DNA of 58,887 nucleotides, filler included. It is 4 parts of 4 records of this genome, joined end to end, with 100 filler letters (N's around TTAATTAATTAA, not from the genome) between each part and the next. Parts side by side here need not be neighbours in the genome. Positions count along the whole stretch, not along the records: positions 1 to 21,509 come from SRR22947725_136; 3 more parts are not named here. One strand, given 5' to 3'. Both the position numbers and the translations under genes were made by a program. Below, one piece after another: positions 8,864-18,861 of the stretch. The notes beneath the pieces were generated by a model. It was given only the letters and a program-made list of their open reading frames with translations, made no database searches and was not told where the DNA came from. The number at the start of each line of letters is the position of its first letter. Positions within the stretch are counted from its first letter, which is position 1.

Positions 8864-9907
8864 CTAAGTTCTTAGGTGATTTTTTAAATAATTTGCTATC
8901 TTTTCACTAGCATTACCATCACCAAAAGGATTTTCCTCTTGGGATTTAATCTTTTCACTAATTGAATTCCAAAGTTTATTTTTCCCATCCCCTAAAGTTT
9001 CAGGCCACTCTGTAGTATCACGCATAGTTGTAGTAGGGATTTTAAAGAAAAATGCTTCTTTTTGCATGCCCCCTGAGTCAGTAAAAAAATGGGTGCAATT
9101 TTGAAGAAGCCATTGAGTTTCTAAATAACCTTGGGGTGGCAGAGATATAAATTTTGAAGTATCAATATCATATTCTTTTACTTTTTTAGCTGTATGTGGG
9201 TGAATGAGAAGGAGCTTAAAAAAACTATTAGATAAATCTAAAACATACTCTATTCTTTTTAATAAATTTTTTTTTGAAATTAAGGCATCAGCTCTATGTA
9301 TTGTAATTAAGTCATAATTTCCTCTTACAACTTCTGGAGGCAATTGCTTTGGTCGTACAAAATATTTTTTAAATCTTTTAGATGCGTCAAGCATAACGTC
9401 CCCTGAAAAATAGACATTTTTCGATATACCCTCATCAGTTAGGTTTTTTACAGCTGTGTTTGTAGGACAAAAAAGTATATCACTTAAATGATCTGAAATA
9501 ATACGATTTTGTTCTTCTGGCATTGTTTTGTCAAATGATCTTAGCCCTGCTTCGACGTGAACAAGCTTGATTGATAATTGTTTGGCAACCAGTGATCCTG
9601 CTAAAGTACTTACAGTATCACCTAGAACAACAATACATTTAGGTTTAATTTTAGCAACTAGAATCTCCAAATCTTTAATCATTGAAGAAAGCATTTTCAA
9701 CTTTGACAACCCACCATTACTCAAAGTGTAGTCTGGGGGAGGTTGATCTAATTGATCAAAAAAAACTTTTGACATATTGTGTTCATAATGTTGGCCTGTA
9801 TCAATTAAAATCTCATTAATACCAGCGTTAACGTACTCTTTCCTTAAAGTAAGGCATTTAATGAATTGAGGACGAGTTCCCATAATTGTAAGTACATCCG
9901 TATCCAT
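8864..9907 (-). CDS. wecB: Non-hydrolysing UDP-GlcNAc(-derivative) 2-epimerase, WecB/WbpI-like
   Basis: GTRPQFIK, TGQHY, GDT, HVEAGLRS, MPEE and TDSGGMQKEA motifs. Confidence 0.85.
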   Translation of the reverse strand: MDTDVLTIMGTRPQFIKCLTLRKEYVNAGINEILIDTGQHYEHNMSKVFFDQLDQPPPDYTLSNGGLSKLKMLSSMIKDLEILVAKIKPKCIVVLGDTVSTLAGSLVAKQLSIKLVHVEAGLRSFDKTMPEEQNRIISDHLSDILFCPTNTAVKNLTDEGISKNVYFSGDVMLDASKRFKKYFVRPKQLPPEVVRGNYDLITIHRADALISKKNLLKRIEYVLDLSNSFFKLLLIHPHTAKKVKEYDIDTSKFISLPPQGYLETQWLLQNCTHFFTDSGGMQKEAFFFKIPTTTMRDTTEWPETLGDGKNKLWNSISEKIKSQEENPFGDGNASEKIANYLKNHLRT

Positions 9908-9910
9908 TTT

Positions 9911-10951
9911 TTAAATTTTAAATCTTTTTAGTGGTTTTGTAGAAAAATTACATATAATTAAATCTAAAATGCTTCCTTTATTTATAATAGTGTTCTTAGA
10001 ATGTTTAGGAAAAGGATTCTCGTAATCAAATCCCCATTTTTTGTACCATTTTTTTAAATGATCTCCATATTTTTCCATACGAAAGCTTTTTTTTATTCCT
10101 TCTTCTACAGAACCTTCTATTCCATACTTTTTTTTAATTATCAAATTATTAATGATAATGTGACTAGTATCTAAGCATACATACCAGTTTTTATTCATGA
10201 ATTGCATTGCTATGTCTGGAAACCATAGATGGAAAACAAAATCAGGGTCTGGTTTAATTACTTTTCTCCATGCATTAGCAGAAATAAGAATAGCAGTCCA
10301 AACTGGTAAATCTATAGAAACTAGACCTTTATAGCTTTTTATCATTTCATGAAATTTAGGATGCGTAAGTGGAGCAAAATTTCTATGAAAGATTACTTTT
10401 TGCCAGAAACGGCGTTCAATAAATTGTATAAAAGGAACACGAGAAATAACTCTATAAATTGAATTAATGAGCGTTCCTGTTTTATAGGTGGAAGAACGTG
10501 ATAGGCTCATTACACCCAACCAACATTGTTTCCAAGTCAATTTTTTAATGTCATTTATATCACAATTATAATGAGACTTTGGAACATAATTAGGAAAACC
10601 CAAAGATCCAATTTTATAATTTTTATCATGAACTTTAGATATTGTTTTTTCTAGCTTTGTTATTATGTCTTGATCTCTAAAATAAACGTCTTGTTGCAAA
10701 CAGAGTACCCAGTCGTTTTCATCACATATTTTATTTATTACATAGTCTAATCCAGCCTGAAGGCCTTTTTTGGGGTTTATTTCAAACCTTAGCCCAAGTT
10801 TCTTTGCTATCTTTCTTCCTTTGAGTTGCTCTTCTTTTGTAGAATGATCATCCAATAAGATAATTCTTTTATTATACTTTTTTAAAAAAAATTCGTTTTC
10901 GCCTATTAAAAGATCATAATTATTAAAACAGGCATAGAATATGTAAATCAT
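9911..10951 (-). CDS. Putative GT2-like glycosyltransferase
   Basis: LLDDHST and LQQD GT-A-like segments; polysaccharide cluster context. Confidence 0.55.
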   Translation of the reverse strand: MIYIFYACFNNYDLLIGENEFFLKKYNKRIILLDDHSTKEEQLKGRKIAKKLGLRFEINPKKGLQAGLDYVINKICDENDWVLCLQQDVYFRDQDIITKLEKTISKVHDKNYKIGSLGFPNYVPKSHYNCDINDIKKLTWKQCWLGVMSLSRSSTYKTGTLINSIYRVISRVPFIQFIERRFWQKVIFHRNFAPLTHPKFHEMIKSYKGLVSIDLPVWTAILISANAWRKVIKPDPDFVFHLWFPDIAMQFMNKNWYVCLDTSHIIINNLIIKKKYGIEGSVEEGIKKSFRMEKYGDHLKKWYKKWGFDYENPFPKHSKNTIINKGSILDLIICNFSTKPLKRFKI

Positions 10952-11011
10952 ATTAATATTTTAAATTTAAATTAATCTCATCATATAAATTGAATATATA
11001 ATTTAATTACT

Positions 11012-11968
11012 CTATATCAGTTTTCTATGACTTTCTATCATCTTTTTTATACCTTTGTCGAAGTTCCATTGAGGCTCATATCCCAGTAATTTTTTTGATT
11101 TTTTCAGACATGGAAGTCTTCGACTTATTTCATTGTAGTTTCCAAAGATTTTATCAGGATTGATATGATTTAATATTGGTTTTTTGAAACCCGCAAGCTC
11201 AGCAATCCTAAAAGCTGTATCATTCACACTTATTTCCTCATTTCCACCAATATTGAAAAGTTCACCAGAAATACCATCTTTAATCATCGCTAAATAAGTT
11301 CCGTAAGCTAAATCTTCTCCATAAGTAACACATCTTGTTTGCTTACCATCTCCATGAATGTCAATTGGCTCTTTTTTTAAAATTTTATTTAAAAAAATAG
11401 GGACATGTCCACCTTGCCAACCTAAACATGATCGTTCGCTAAATCCTCCAAAATAACGAATAATTCTAACATCAAGTCCATCTTTAGCATAATCAAAGGC
11501 TAATTGTTCAGAGTACAACTTTGCAGAGGCATAAGCCCAACGTCTAGTATTAAATGGGCCTAAAGATACTGGATCAGTCTCAACAAATGGAAATGATGTT
11601 CCATATCCATACACATCTGAAGTTGAGGCTAAAACAAACCTCTTTTTTAAATTAAATGCTTCATTCATTAGAATGTCAGCGCTTTGACTTATCATTCTAA
11701 GGGTAGTCCTTGATTCCAATAAATTACTACCTTTTTTTAAGGTTGCTAAATGTACTATTATGTCAACCTGTTTAATTAAATTCTGGACAAGAACATGATC
11801 AAGAACAGATCCATTTATGAATTTAAAATTTTTGTGAGAGGGTAAATTTTTACTTTGCCCTACCAGAAGGTTGTCTAGTCCTAAAACTTTATAATCTCTA
11901 TTGAGTAGAATTTCCGTTAGATGTGAACCAATCATTCCGGCGGCACCAGTAACAAGAATTTTAGTCAT
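11012..11968 (-). CDS. NAD-dependent sugar epimerase/dehydratase
   Basis: LVTGAAGMIG, ASTSDVYG, RWAYASAK (YxxxK) and GDGKQTR motifs. Confidence 0.88.
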   Translation of the reverse strand: MTKILVTGAAGMIGSHLTEILLNRDYKVLGLDNLLVGQSKNLPSHKNFKFINGSVLDHVLVQNLIKQVDIIVHLATLKKGSNLLESRTTLRMISQSADILMNEAFNLKKRFVLASTSDVYGYGTSFPFVETDPVSLGPFNTRRWAYASAKLYSEQLAFDYAKDGLDVRIIRYFGGFSERSCLGWQGGHVPIFLNKILKKEPIDIHGDGKQTRCVTYGEDLAYGTYLAMIKDGISGELFNIGGNEEISVNDTAFRIAELAGFKKPILNHINPDKIFGNYNEISRRLPCLKKSKKLLGYEPQWNFDKGIKKMIESHRKLI

Positions 11969-12932
11969 TGAAAATACCGTAATGTTCTAAAAGTAAATTG
12001 GAAGCTAATCCAAAAGCAGTTTTTCGAGCACCTAATGACATACCTCCTATATGCTGTGTTACTAAAATATTAGGATATTTAGAAAATTTTTTAAGCATTT
12101 CTTTTCTTTTAAAATTGTTGCTTTCTTCAGGTAGTACATCTGTACAATATTGTGCTTTTGGATTTTTTTGTAAAAAATTGAATAGATCATTATGATTAAT
12201 TACTTCACCACGGGAGGTATTAACAATGATAATATCATCAGGAATTACTTCAAAGAATTTTTTATCAACGAAGTTAATGTTTTTTTCTGCATGTATATGA
12301 ATAGACAAGACGTCAAATGTTGAAGCCTCTTTAAGAAAGTTTTGAATTTCTTTTTCAAAATCAAGAGCGAATAGTGGATCTAGAATAGATATTTTTGCAC
12401 CTGAATCATTCATCATCTTTGAATATATTGAACCTAATCTTCCGTAACCAATAACACCAATTTTTAAATCTTTTATTTGCTTGCCAATATACTTTTCAAA
12501 ATCCCATGATTTATGTTGTAAAGCATCATTGTGCGATTGTATTATTTTTCGTAGACCATTCAAAGTAAGGGCAAAAGCTAGTTCAGCAGTTGAAGGAACT
12601 GTTTTTAATATTTCTGTATAATTTTTTATATTAATAACGGTAATACCAAGATAATTTGCTGCTTTGAGGTCGATATGCACTGTTCCAGTCGAAGCTGTAC
12701 ATAAGACATCAAGTTTTTTGAATTTCTCAAGAACATTCTTGTTAAAATATACATGAGATTTATTTGGATTCATAAAAATAACTTTCGTGTCGTTCGAGTA
12801 TAAAAGTAACTCCTTTTCTATTGGTGCATTCACAAACTTGAACTCCCAATTCATTTTCATTGCTAAATTTTTAAGGTTAGCTTCAACTTCGGGGATGTCA
12901 TCAATTTTGGTAAGGCATAATAACAAGATCAC
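11961..12932 (-). CDS. D-isomer-specific 2-hydroxyacid dehydrogenase family protein
   Basis: STGTVHID, TAELA, IGYGRLG, VNTSRGEV, DVLPEE and HIGG motifs. Confidence 0.85.
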   Translation of the reverse strand: MILLLCLTKIDDIPEVEANLKNLAMKMNWEFKFVNAPIEKELLLYSNDTKVIFMNPNKSHVYFNKNVLEKFKKLDVLCTASTGTVHIDLKAANYLGITVINIKNYTEILKTVPSTAELAFALTLNGLRKIIQSHNDALQHKSWDFEKYIGKQIKDLKIGVIGYGRLGSIYSKMMNDSGAKISILDPLFALDFEKEIQNFLKEASTFDVLSIHIHAEKNINFVDKKFFEVIPDDIIIVNTSRGEVINHNDLFNFLQKNPKAQYCTDVLPEESNNFKRKEMLKKFSKYPNILVTQHIGGMSLGARKTAFGLASNLLLEHYGIFND

Positions 12933-13624
12933 TTTCCTCTTAGCATTAGTTTTGCTATCTGCAAATCACGCATTTGGTCAATATTTATAAACCTTTCATC
13001 AGGCAGTATATACCCTAAAGATTTCTTGCTTCCATATCTAAGGCCAGATGAAATTTGTTTTCTACTCATAACATAAATAGAACCTGCTCTAATAAATGCT
13101 TTTGGTGTAAGATCTTGTCTTCGGCTTTCTGGAACTTCAGGATAAAAATCACAAATTTGTCCATCATCGTTTAAATATTTTATTCTAGACGGGTGATGGT
13201 CATATAATCGGCCCATTGCTATAGCTGAGTCTGCTTTGTTTTTTAATAAAAGATTAATACATTTATCAATATCAAAGGAATTTTTTAAAGGGTTAGTTGC
13301 CATTAATTCGCAAACAACTGTAACATTTATTTTTGTCTCTGCCTCAAAACGTTCAACAACATATTTGAGTGTATGGCCACTTTGTGCCTTGTCGGATGAT
13401 AATTCTTTTGGTCTGCCAAATTGCACTTTAGCGCCATATTCTTCAGCTACATTTGAGATTTTTTTAGAATCAGTATTAACTATATATGCATTTATCATTT
13501 TGCTTTTTTGAGCTTCTTTAATGGTGTAAGAAAGTAAAGGCAATTTATTTATAAGGGCGATATTTTTATTTTTTATAGATTTAGAGCCACCTCTTGCCAA
13601 CGTCACTCCTAAAATAAAAGTCAC
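12929..13624 (-). CDS. Acylneuraminate cytidylyltransferase (NeuA-like)
   Basis: LARGGSKSIKNKN, NTDS, RPxELxSD, TNPL and INID motifs. GTG 13624, just after the NeuB stop, is the likely start. Confidence 0.88.
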   Translation of the reverse strand: MTFILGVTLARGGSKSIKNKNIALINKLPLLSYTIKEAQKSKMINAYIVNTDSKKISNVAEEYGAKVQFGRPKELSSDKAQSGHTLKYVVERFEAETKINVTVVCELMATNPLKNSFDIDKCINLLLKNKADSAIAMGRLYDHHPSRIKYLNDDGQICDFYPEVPESRRQDLTPKAFIRAGSIYVMSRKQISSGLRYGSKKSLGYILPDERFINIDQMRDLQIAKLMLRGK

Positions 13625-13625
13625 T

Positions 13626-14438
13626 TTAACCCCATCGACCGCGATAGGTTTTAATCGTATCCATTTCAATATCTTGAGCATCAATACCGTGGTCAATTAT
13701 AGACCTTTCTGCTTCATTACAGTTGAATACTAATTTTTTAAAATCTTCAGGTAAAACTGCAAATTTATTATCACGTCCAGGAAGGTTGTTATCTATGGTA
13801 AAATGCTTTTCAATCACTTTAGCACCCTTAACAATTGCAAATGCAGGTATTAAAATAGAGGTGCTATGGTCTGAAAGGCCTAAGGTGTTATCTATTTTTG
13901 ATAACAAAACATCTAATCTGTTTAAATTCATTCTATCGATTTCGCAAGGGTATGAGGAGACACAATGCATAGCAGTTATATTTTTATCACTTTTTCTTTT
14001 TAAATTAATTAGTTCTGTAACTTCATTTAATTCTTTTGATGAACAAGCTCCCAAACTAATATATACTTTCTTAAAATTATCTAACGCATAGTTAATTAAG
14101 TTTATATTATGGACTTCATGCGAAGGTATTTTTATCGATTCTTTAGATATTTTAGAAACAAATTTAGCATCCTCTACGTTAAATACTGACACCATAAATT
14201 TAACCTTGTTTTCTTTACAAATATTATAAAGTTGAAATATTTTATCTTCGTTTAATTTAGCTTTTTCATAAATTTGTCTTCTTCCATCTTTGTCCCATTC
14301 ACCACTTTTAAGTTTTTCTGGATTCCAATATTGAAATTTAGTAGTAGTTGCTCCTGATTTAGCAGCAGCAGAAATCATTTTTTCAGCTAAGCCCATTTCA
14401 CCCATAAAGTTCCAACCAATCTCAGCTATATATTCCAT
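13626..14438 (-). CDS. N-acetylneuraminate synthase (NeuB) family protein lacking the C-terminal SAF domain
   Basis: IAEIGWN, KFQ, KIPS, HCVSSYP, GLSDHS and IEKHFT..PGRD motifs; only 270 aa. Confidence 0.88.
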   Translation of the reverse strand: MEYIAEIGWNFMGEMGLAEKMISAAAKSGATTTKFQYWNPEKLKSGEWDKDGRRQIYEKAKLNEDKIFQLYNICKENKVKFMVSVFNVEDAKFVSKISKESIKIPSHEVHNINLINYALDNFKKVYISLGACSSKELNEVTELINLKRKSDKNITAMHCVSSYPCEIDRMNLNRLDVLLSKIDNTLGLSDHSTSILIPAFAIVKGAKVIEKHFTIDNNLPGRDNKFAVLPEDFKKLVFNCNEAERSIIDHGIDAQDIEMDTIKTYRGRWG

Positions 14439-14449
14439 AATTAATTTCC

Positions 14450-15403
14450 TTAAATATTTCTAATTTCAAATTTAATTTTAGTTCGCCATTTAACTAATTT
14501 TTTGTGTTCACGTTCCCAATTAATTTTTTGTTTTAATTTTTTTTTGTTTCCACAAAAATTTGACATAGTTGAACAAAGTTCTTCAGCAGATGAAACGCAG
14601 AAAATATAATTGTTAGTGTGATTTAATTCAATACTTTTATTTTGAATTGCTATTACATCACACCCAACAAGTAAAGCCTCAAAAATTGGCATGGCAAAAC
14701 TATCAAATTCTGATGTATAAACTAAAGCAGAATAATTTCTAATTATATTCAAAATGTCCATTCTTTTTAAGTTAGAGTCTACATAAATATTTTTTTTATT
14801 TATGGCCCATTTGGGTACTTCTCCATTAAAAATCATATGTCCAATAGATTCTGTTTTATTGATTGCTTTAATAAAAGTTTTGCCTCCTTTAAAAGTGTGT
14901 TTAGAGCCAATCCAGATGAAATTATTTTTATTTTTGACGTTATATATATTAACTAAATTTGTTGGGAATAATGCTTTGATTCCTAATATTGGAACTATAT
15001 AACTTTTATGAATATCAAGTTTGAAATGTTTAGAAAAACATTCTTGAGAGTAATTAGAGTTAAAAATACGATACCATTTTTTATTACACATCATGATTTT
15101 ATAGAAATTTTTATAGATTATGTTAAATAAAAACCCATACCTCTTGAATAAATTGATATCATCACTTTGTACAAAATGAATTACTTTTGATCGAAATGAT
15201 AAAAATAAAAGAAATGAACAAAATGGATCAGAAACTAATATTGGAGTATTTCTATTCTTAAAGAAAATTGTAATTAAACTTTGCAGAGGGTTGTTAGTCA
15301 AATAGATAAAACTTTTCTTTTCTATATCATTAATTTCATTATAGACAGCAGTTAAAACTTGATTGCCACCATTTAATTTTTTCGAATATTGTAAGCATAG
15401 CAT
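14450..15403 (-). CDS. Putative GT4 (GT-B) glycosyltransferase
   Basis: FVQSDD, KG and SEFDSFAMPIFEALLVG (ExF/E7 motif variant). Confidence 0.65.
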   Translation of the reverse strand: MLCLQYSKKLNGGNQVLTAVYNEINDIEKKSFIYLTNNPLQSLITIFFKNRNTPILVSDPFCSFLLFLSFRSKVIHFVQSDDINLFKRYGFLFNIIYKNFYKIMMCNKKWYRIFNSNYSQECFSKHFKLDIHKSYIVPILGIKALFPTNLVNIYNVKNKNNFIWIGSKHTFKGGKTFIKAINKTESIGHMIFNGEVPKWAINKKNIYVDSNLKRMDILNIIRNYSALVYTSEFDSFAMPIFEALLVGCDVIAIQNKSIELNHTNNYIFCVSSAEELCSTMSNFCGNKKKLKQKINWEREHKKLVKWRTKIKFEIRNI

Positions 15404-15412
15404 AGATCATAC

Positions 15413-16630
15413 CTACTTAATTAATGTTCTATAACGTGCATCTAGAACAAATTCTGCGCAAATCTTGTTTTTGTTTACAAATTGTTTTCCAATCTCATTA
15501 ATTATAACAACAACTCCTCTAAAATTTTTAAAATCGGTATCACTCAAAGTCACATATTTTTGTCCATCTACATGGAATTCTTTAACTTCACTATCCCAGA
15601 AGCTAATATTACATTTATGTTTAAGTAATTTAAATAAACTAATAGCAGGACTAGATCTCATATCTGATACCCCTTCCTTATAAGCAACGCCAGTTAACAA
15701 TAAATTTTTGCCTAAAATATTATTTTTGACTAACCAATGATATGTTTTTTTAGGGCCCATTTCTATCTCTTTCATGGCTAGTCTAATGATTGAAATTTCT
15801 GAATTTAAATCATCAGCACCATTTAATAAAAAATAAGGATCAACAGGAATACAATGGCCACCAACCCCAACTCCTGGGTAAAAGTCCATAAAACCAAAAG
15901 GTTTTGATTTAGCTAATAAAATCACTTCGTTAAAATTTATATCTAGATTTGAACAGTAATCTCTCATTTGATTGACATATGATATGTTAACTGCTCTAAA
16001 TGTGTTTTCATGAAGTTTACACAGCTCTGCTACTTCCATTGATGATGCTTTAATCACGTGATTAAAAACAGTCATATACAACTCAAAACCTTTTAAAAGA
16101 CAATTTTTAGTTAAACCTGACAATATTTTAGGTATCTCAACATTAGAAAAATTTTCATTACCTGGATCTTCACGTTCAGGAGAAAAACAAAAATGAACTT
16201 CACCTCCAAAGCTGCTTAAGTTTTCTTTAAAATATTTGTTTGCGACTTTACGACTGTAACCTGGTGATACAGTGCTCTCTAAAATTATTAAACTTGGTTT
16301 GTTTTTTAATTCACTTAAGGATTTAACAGCATGGTCCACACAAGAATGGTCTGCTTTACCTTCTTTGTTTAAAGGAGTTGGAACACAAATTATAGCAGTG
16401 TCAATTTTCTTAATTTCATTTAATTCTGATATAAAATAAGCATTTTTTTCTGAAACTAATTCTTTTTTGAAACGGTTTTCCCAAGTTTTAATATGACATT
16501 TTCCTTTGTTTAAATCATTTATAAGATCTTTATTAATGTCATAGCCAAAAACTTTACATTTTGTTTTAGCTAAAGCAAGCATTAGAGGTAAACCTACATA
16601 ACCTATTCCGATAACAACTATATTTTTCAA
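15413..16630 (-). CDS. UDP-N-acetylhexosamine 6-dehydrogenase (WbpA/WecC family)
   Basis: GIGYVGLP, CVPTP, ESTVSPG, SPEREDPGN, ENTFRAVNI and GVGGHCIPVDP motifs. Confidence 0.9.
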   Translation of the reverse strand: MKNIVVIGIGYVGLPLMLALAKTKCKVFGYDINKDLINDLNKGKCHIKTWENRFKKELVSEKNAYFISELNEIKKIDTAIICVPTPLNKEGKADHSCVDHAVKSLSELKNKPSLIILESTVSPGYSRKVANKYFKENLSSFGGEVHFCFSPEREDPGNENFSNVEIPKILSGLTKNCLLKGFELYMTVFNHVIKASSMEVAELCKLHENTFRAVNISYVNQMRDYCSNLDINFNEVILLAKSKPFGFMDFYPGVGVGGHCIPVDPYFLLNGADDLNSEISIIRLAMKEIEMGPKKTYHWLVKNNILGKNLLLTGVAYKEGVSDMRSSPAISLFKLLKHKCNISFWDSEVKEFHVDGQKYVTLSDTDFKNFRGVVVIINEIGKQFVNKNKICAEFVLDARYRTLIK

Positions 16631-17616
16631 AGTGTATGACTCCTAAATTTTAATAAAGGTAAAATTTTTTTAAAAAGAGAAATTCTTTTATGAATATTAG
16701 GCCCATTATCATTATATAAAATTAATTTTTTTAATATGTTCTCATTGCAAGCACTAAGAGCAGTTGAGTTATATGGAGAAATTAGTTCAATGTTAAACTT
16801 ACCGTTAAAAATTGAATCTTCTACTGCTTTGTTAGGGTATAATACTTTTGTAATTTTAAAGTACTTTTTAATAATTTTTAATTTTTGATCAATAAAATTT
16901 TCATTATGATGAAAAGAAACAATTATATTTTTAGAAGAAACACATTCTAAAAGTGTTTTAATAGTTTTTTCATATTCTTCAAATGTTTGAAATCCATACT
17001 CAACTGATGCAGAGCTTAAAAAAACCATTTTCTTTCTTTTAATTACATTTAATGTGTTTTGATTAATATTTTGTGTTCCAATATCTATGATTTTTTTTTG
17101 ATTATTTAAATGATTGAGATACATTTTTTTCTCAGTAAAAATAGTTTCATAGAAATTTAAATCTACAGAAAAAAATTTTTTTTTAGCCAATAAAATTTTT
17201 TTCATAAAGAATGTAAAAAATAGTAATTTTTTAAGAAAGTAATATTTAACGTCTAAGTCAAGGTAACTTGAAATTCCATCTTCAAATAAAAACCCTTTTT
17301 TAATTTTGATCTTGTTAATAAGTAAATCATGGAGAGGTCCAAAGGGAATTGAAGTACAAAGGTTAATTTCATTATAAGATTTCACCTCTTCTGATATTGC
17401 TTTGACTATTTTCCACAATTTAAAAATTGATAAATATGATGTTGGATTGGTATGGTAAAGTAAAGTATGATAATTTAAGCCTTCCAATGGAAGTTTTTGG
17501 GGTGCTACTACAAGAAAATCAAAATCATTTAGTATTTCTGTTTTAAATAATATTTTTTCAAACTCTCTTACATGGAACGGTGTCCTAAGATCAATAATTA
17601 GGATTTTATTCGTCAA
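16627..17616 (-). CDS. Putative bacterial sialyl/nonulosonyl-transferase-like protein
   Basis: FEDG, FHH (HP-like) and NSTA motifs resembling GT38/GT52/GT80-type transferases; near NeuB/NeuA. Confidence 0.45.
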   Translation of the reverse strand: MTNKILIIDLRTPFHVREFEKILFKTEILNDFDFLVVAPQKLPLEGLNYHTLLYHTNPTSYLSIFKLWKIVKAISEEVKSYNEINLCTSIPFGPLHDLLINKIKIKKGFLFEDGISSYLDLDVKYYFLKKLLFFTFFMKKILLAKKKFFSVDLNFYETIFTEKKMYLNHLNNQKKIIDIGTQNINQNTLNVIKRKKMVFLSSASVEYGFQTFEEYEKTIKTLLECVSSKNIIVSFHHNENFIDQKLKIIKKYFKITKVLYPNKAVEDSIFNGKFNIELISPYNSTALSACNENILKKLILYNDNGPNIHKRISLFKKILPLLKFRSHTL

Positions 17617-18859
17617 AAAAAACTACCTTAGGCATTTTTGATTGTAAAATATCATCACATCTTAATAATACCCCTTGTCCATACAAAGCTTTTTTAAAAT
17701 GTGGTTTATTTTCATATGTGTCCATAAGAGAATTACTTAGAGGCTTCCAATTAACTTCGTGAGGTTCAAGCATAAAAAAATCTTCCTTGTAGCTTTTTAT
17801 TTTCACGCACATATCGGCTCCAGAAACATAGCTTTGCAATATATAATTTCCAGGTCCTTCGGTGTTTTTACTGATTTTATCTCCATCTAAAAAATAAACA
17901 TAGTCATAAAATTGATTTTTTGATAATTTATAGATTAGAACTTGTTTGATTAACTCATAAAGAGATATATCTGCCCAGAATTGATCCCTCTTCATAAGAA
18001 ATTCATTATATTTTTTTATTTTCGAATTTTTTTTAGGTAATACTAAAACTGTAAATTTTTCATTATTTTCTTTTAATTTTATAAGGTCACTTTTTTTAGG
18101 CATTTTTGCTGCAATAACGATTATTAAAACATCAGTTTCTTTTAGAGCAAAATCAATCCAATTTGAATTTAAGTTTGTATCTAGAAGTAAAGAAGCAACT
18201 CCCTCACCTCGAAAAGATTTATAATCTAATGAATGTTGATTTAATCCATGTTCGTGGACAACGGAACATTCAGCATTATAAAAAATTTGATAACCTTTTT
18301 CTAATATCATTTTAGCCCAATAGCGATCTTCAATATGCTTTAGACTTTCGTCAAATTGAAATTTTTCCCATATACTGAACTTAATAATTGAAGCTGCATT
18401 GTGGAAAAAAGAATCTTTTGTTTGCGTTCTGCTTTCAATTGAGAAAGTATTTAGTAAATCTCTTCTGTTTTCAGGAGAAGTAGCGGGAGTAGGTATTTGA
18501 CAACAATAAGATGCAGCAATTTTTTTGTTTTGTTCAAAAGGTATAATCAATTTTGATAACCAGTCTTTCCCAAGCGGAACGCAGTGAGCAGATAAAATTA
18601 CTAAATAGTTAACATCTTTTAACTCTCTGGCGCCCAAATTAATAGCTTTACCAGGAAAATACTCTCCTGTGTAGGTAATTACCTTTAATTTGTTGTTTAC
18701 TGATTTGACCTTTTGAACAGTATAGTCAGTTGATTCGCAATCGACTATAATAATAGATAATTCATCAATATTTTTTTGTTGATATAAACTCCTTAAACAA
18801 AAACGAATCCATTTCGCCTCATTTTTAGTCCTTATAATAACTCCAACTTTTCTTTTCAT
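17606..18859 (-). CDS. GT2 glycosyltransferase with extra C-terminal domain
   Basis: IIRTKNE, VDCESTD, AINLG, LSAH, FDE...IED.W and HEHG motifs. Confidence 0.82.
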   Translation of the reverse strand: MKRKVGVIIRTKNEAKWIRFCLRSLYQQKNIDELSIIIVDCESTDYTVQKVKSVNNKLKVITYTGEYFPGKAINLGARELKDVNYLVILSAHCVPLGKDWLSKLIIPFEQNKKIAASYCCQIPTPATSPENRRDLLNTFSIESRTQTKDSFFHNAASIIKFSIWEKFQFDESLKHIEDRYWAKMILEKGYQIFYNAECSVVHEHGLNQHSLDYKSFRGEGVASLLLDTNLNSNWIDFALKETDVLIIVIAAKMPKKSDLIKLKENNEKFTVLVLPKKNSKIKKYNEFLMKRDQFWADISLYELIKQVLIYKLSKNQFYDYVYFLDGDKISKNTEGPGNYILQSYVSGADMCVKIKSYKEDFFMLEPHEVNWKPLSNSLMDTYENKPHFKKALYGQGVLLRCDDILQSKMPKVVFFDE

Positions 18860-18861
18860 TT

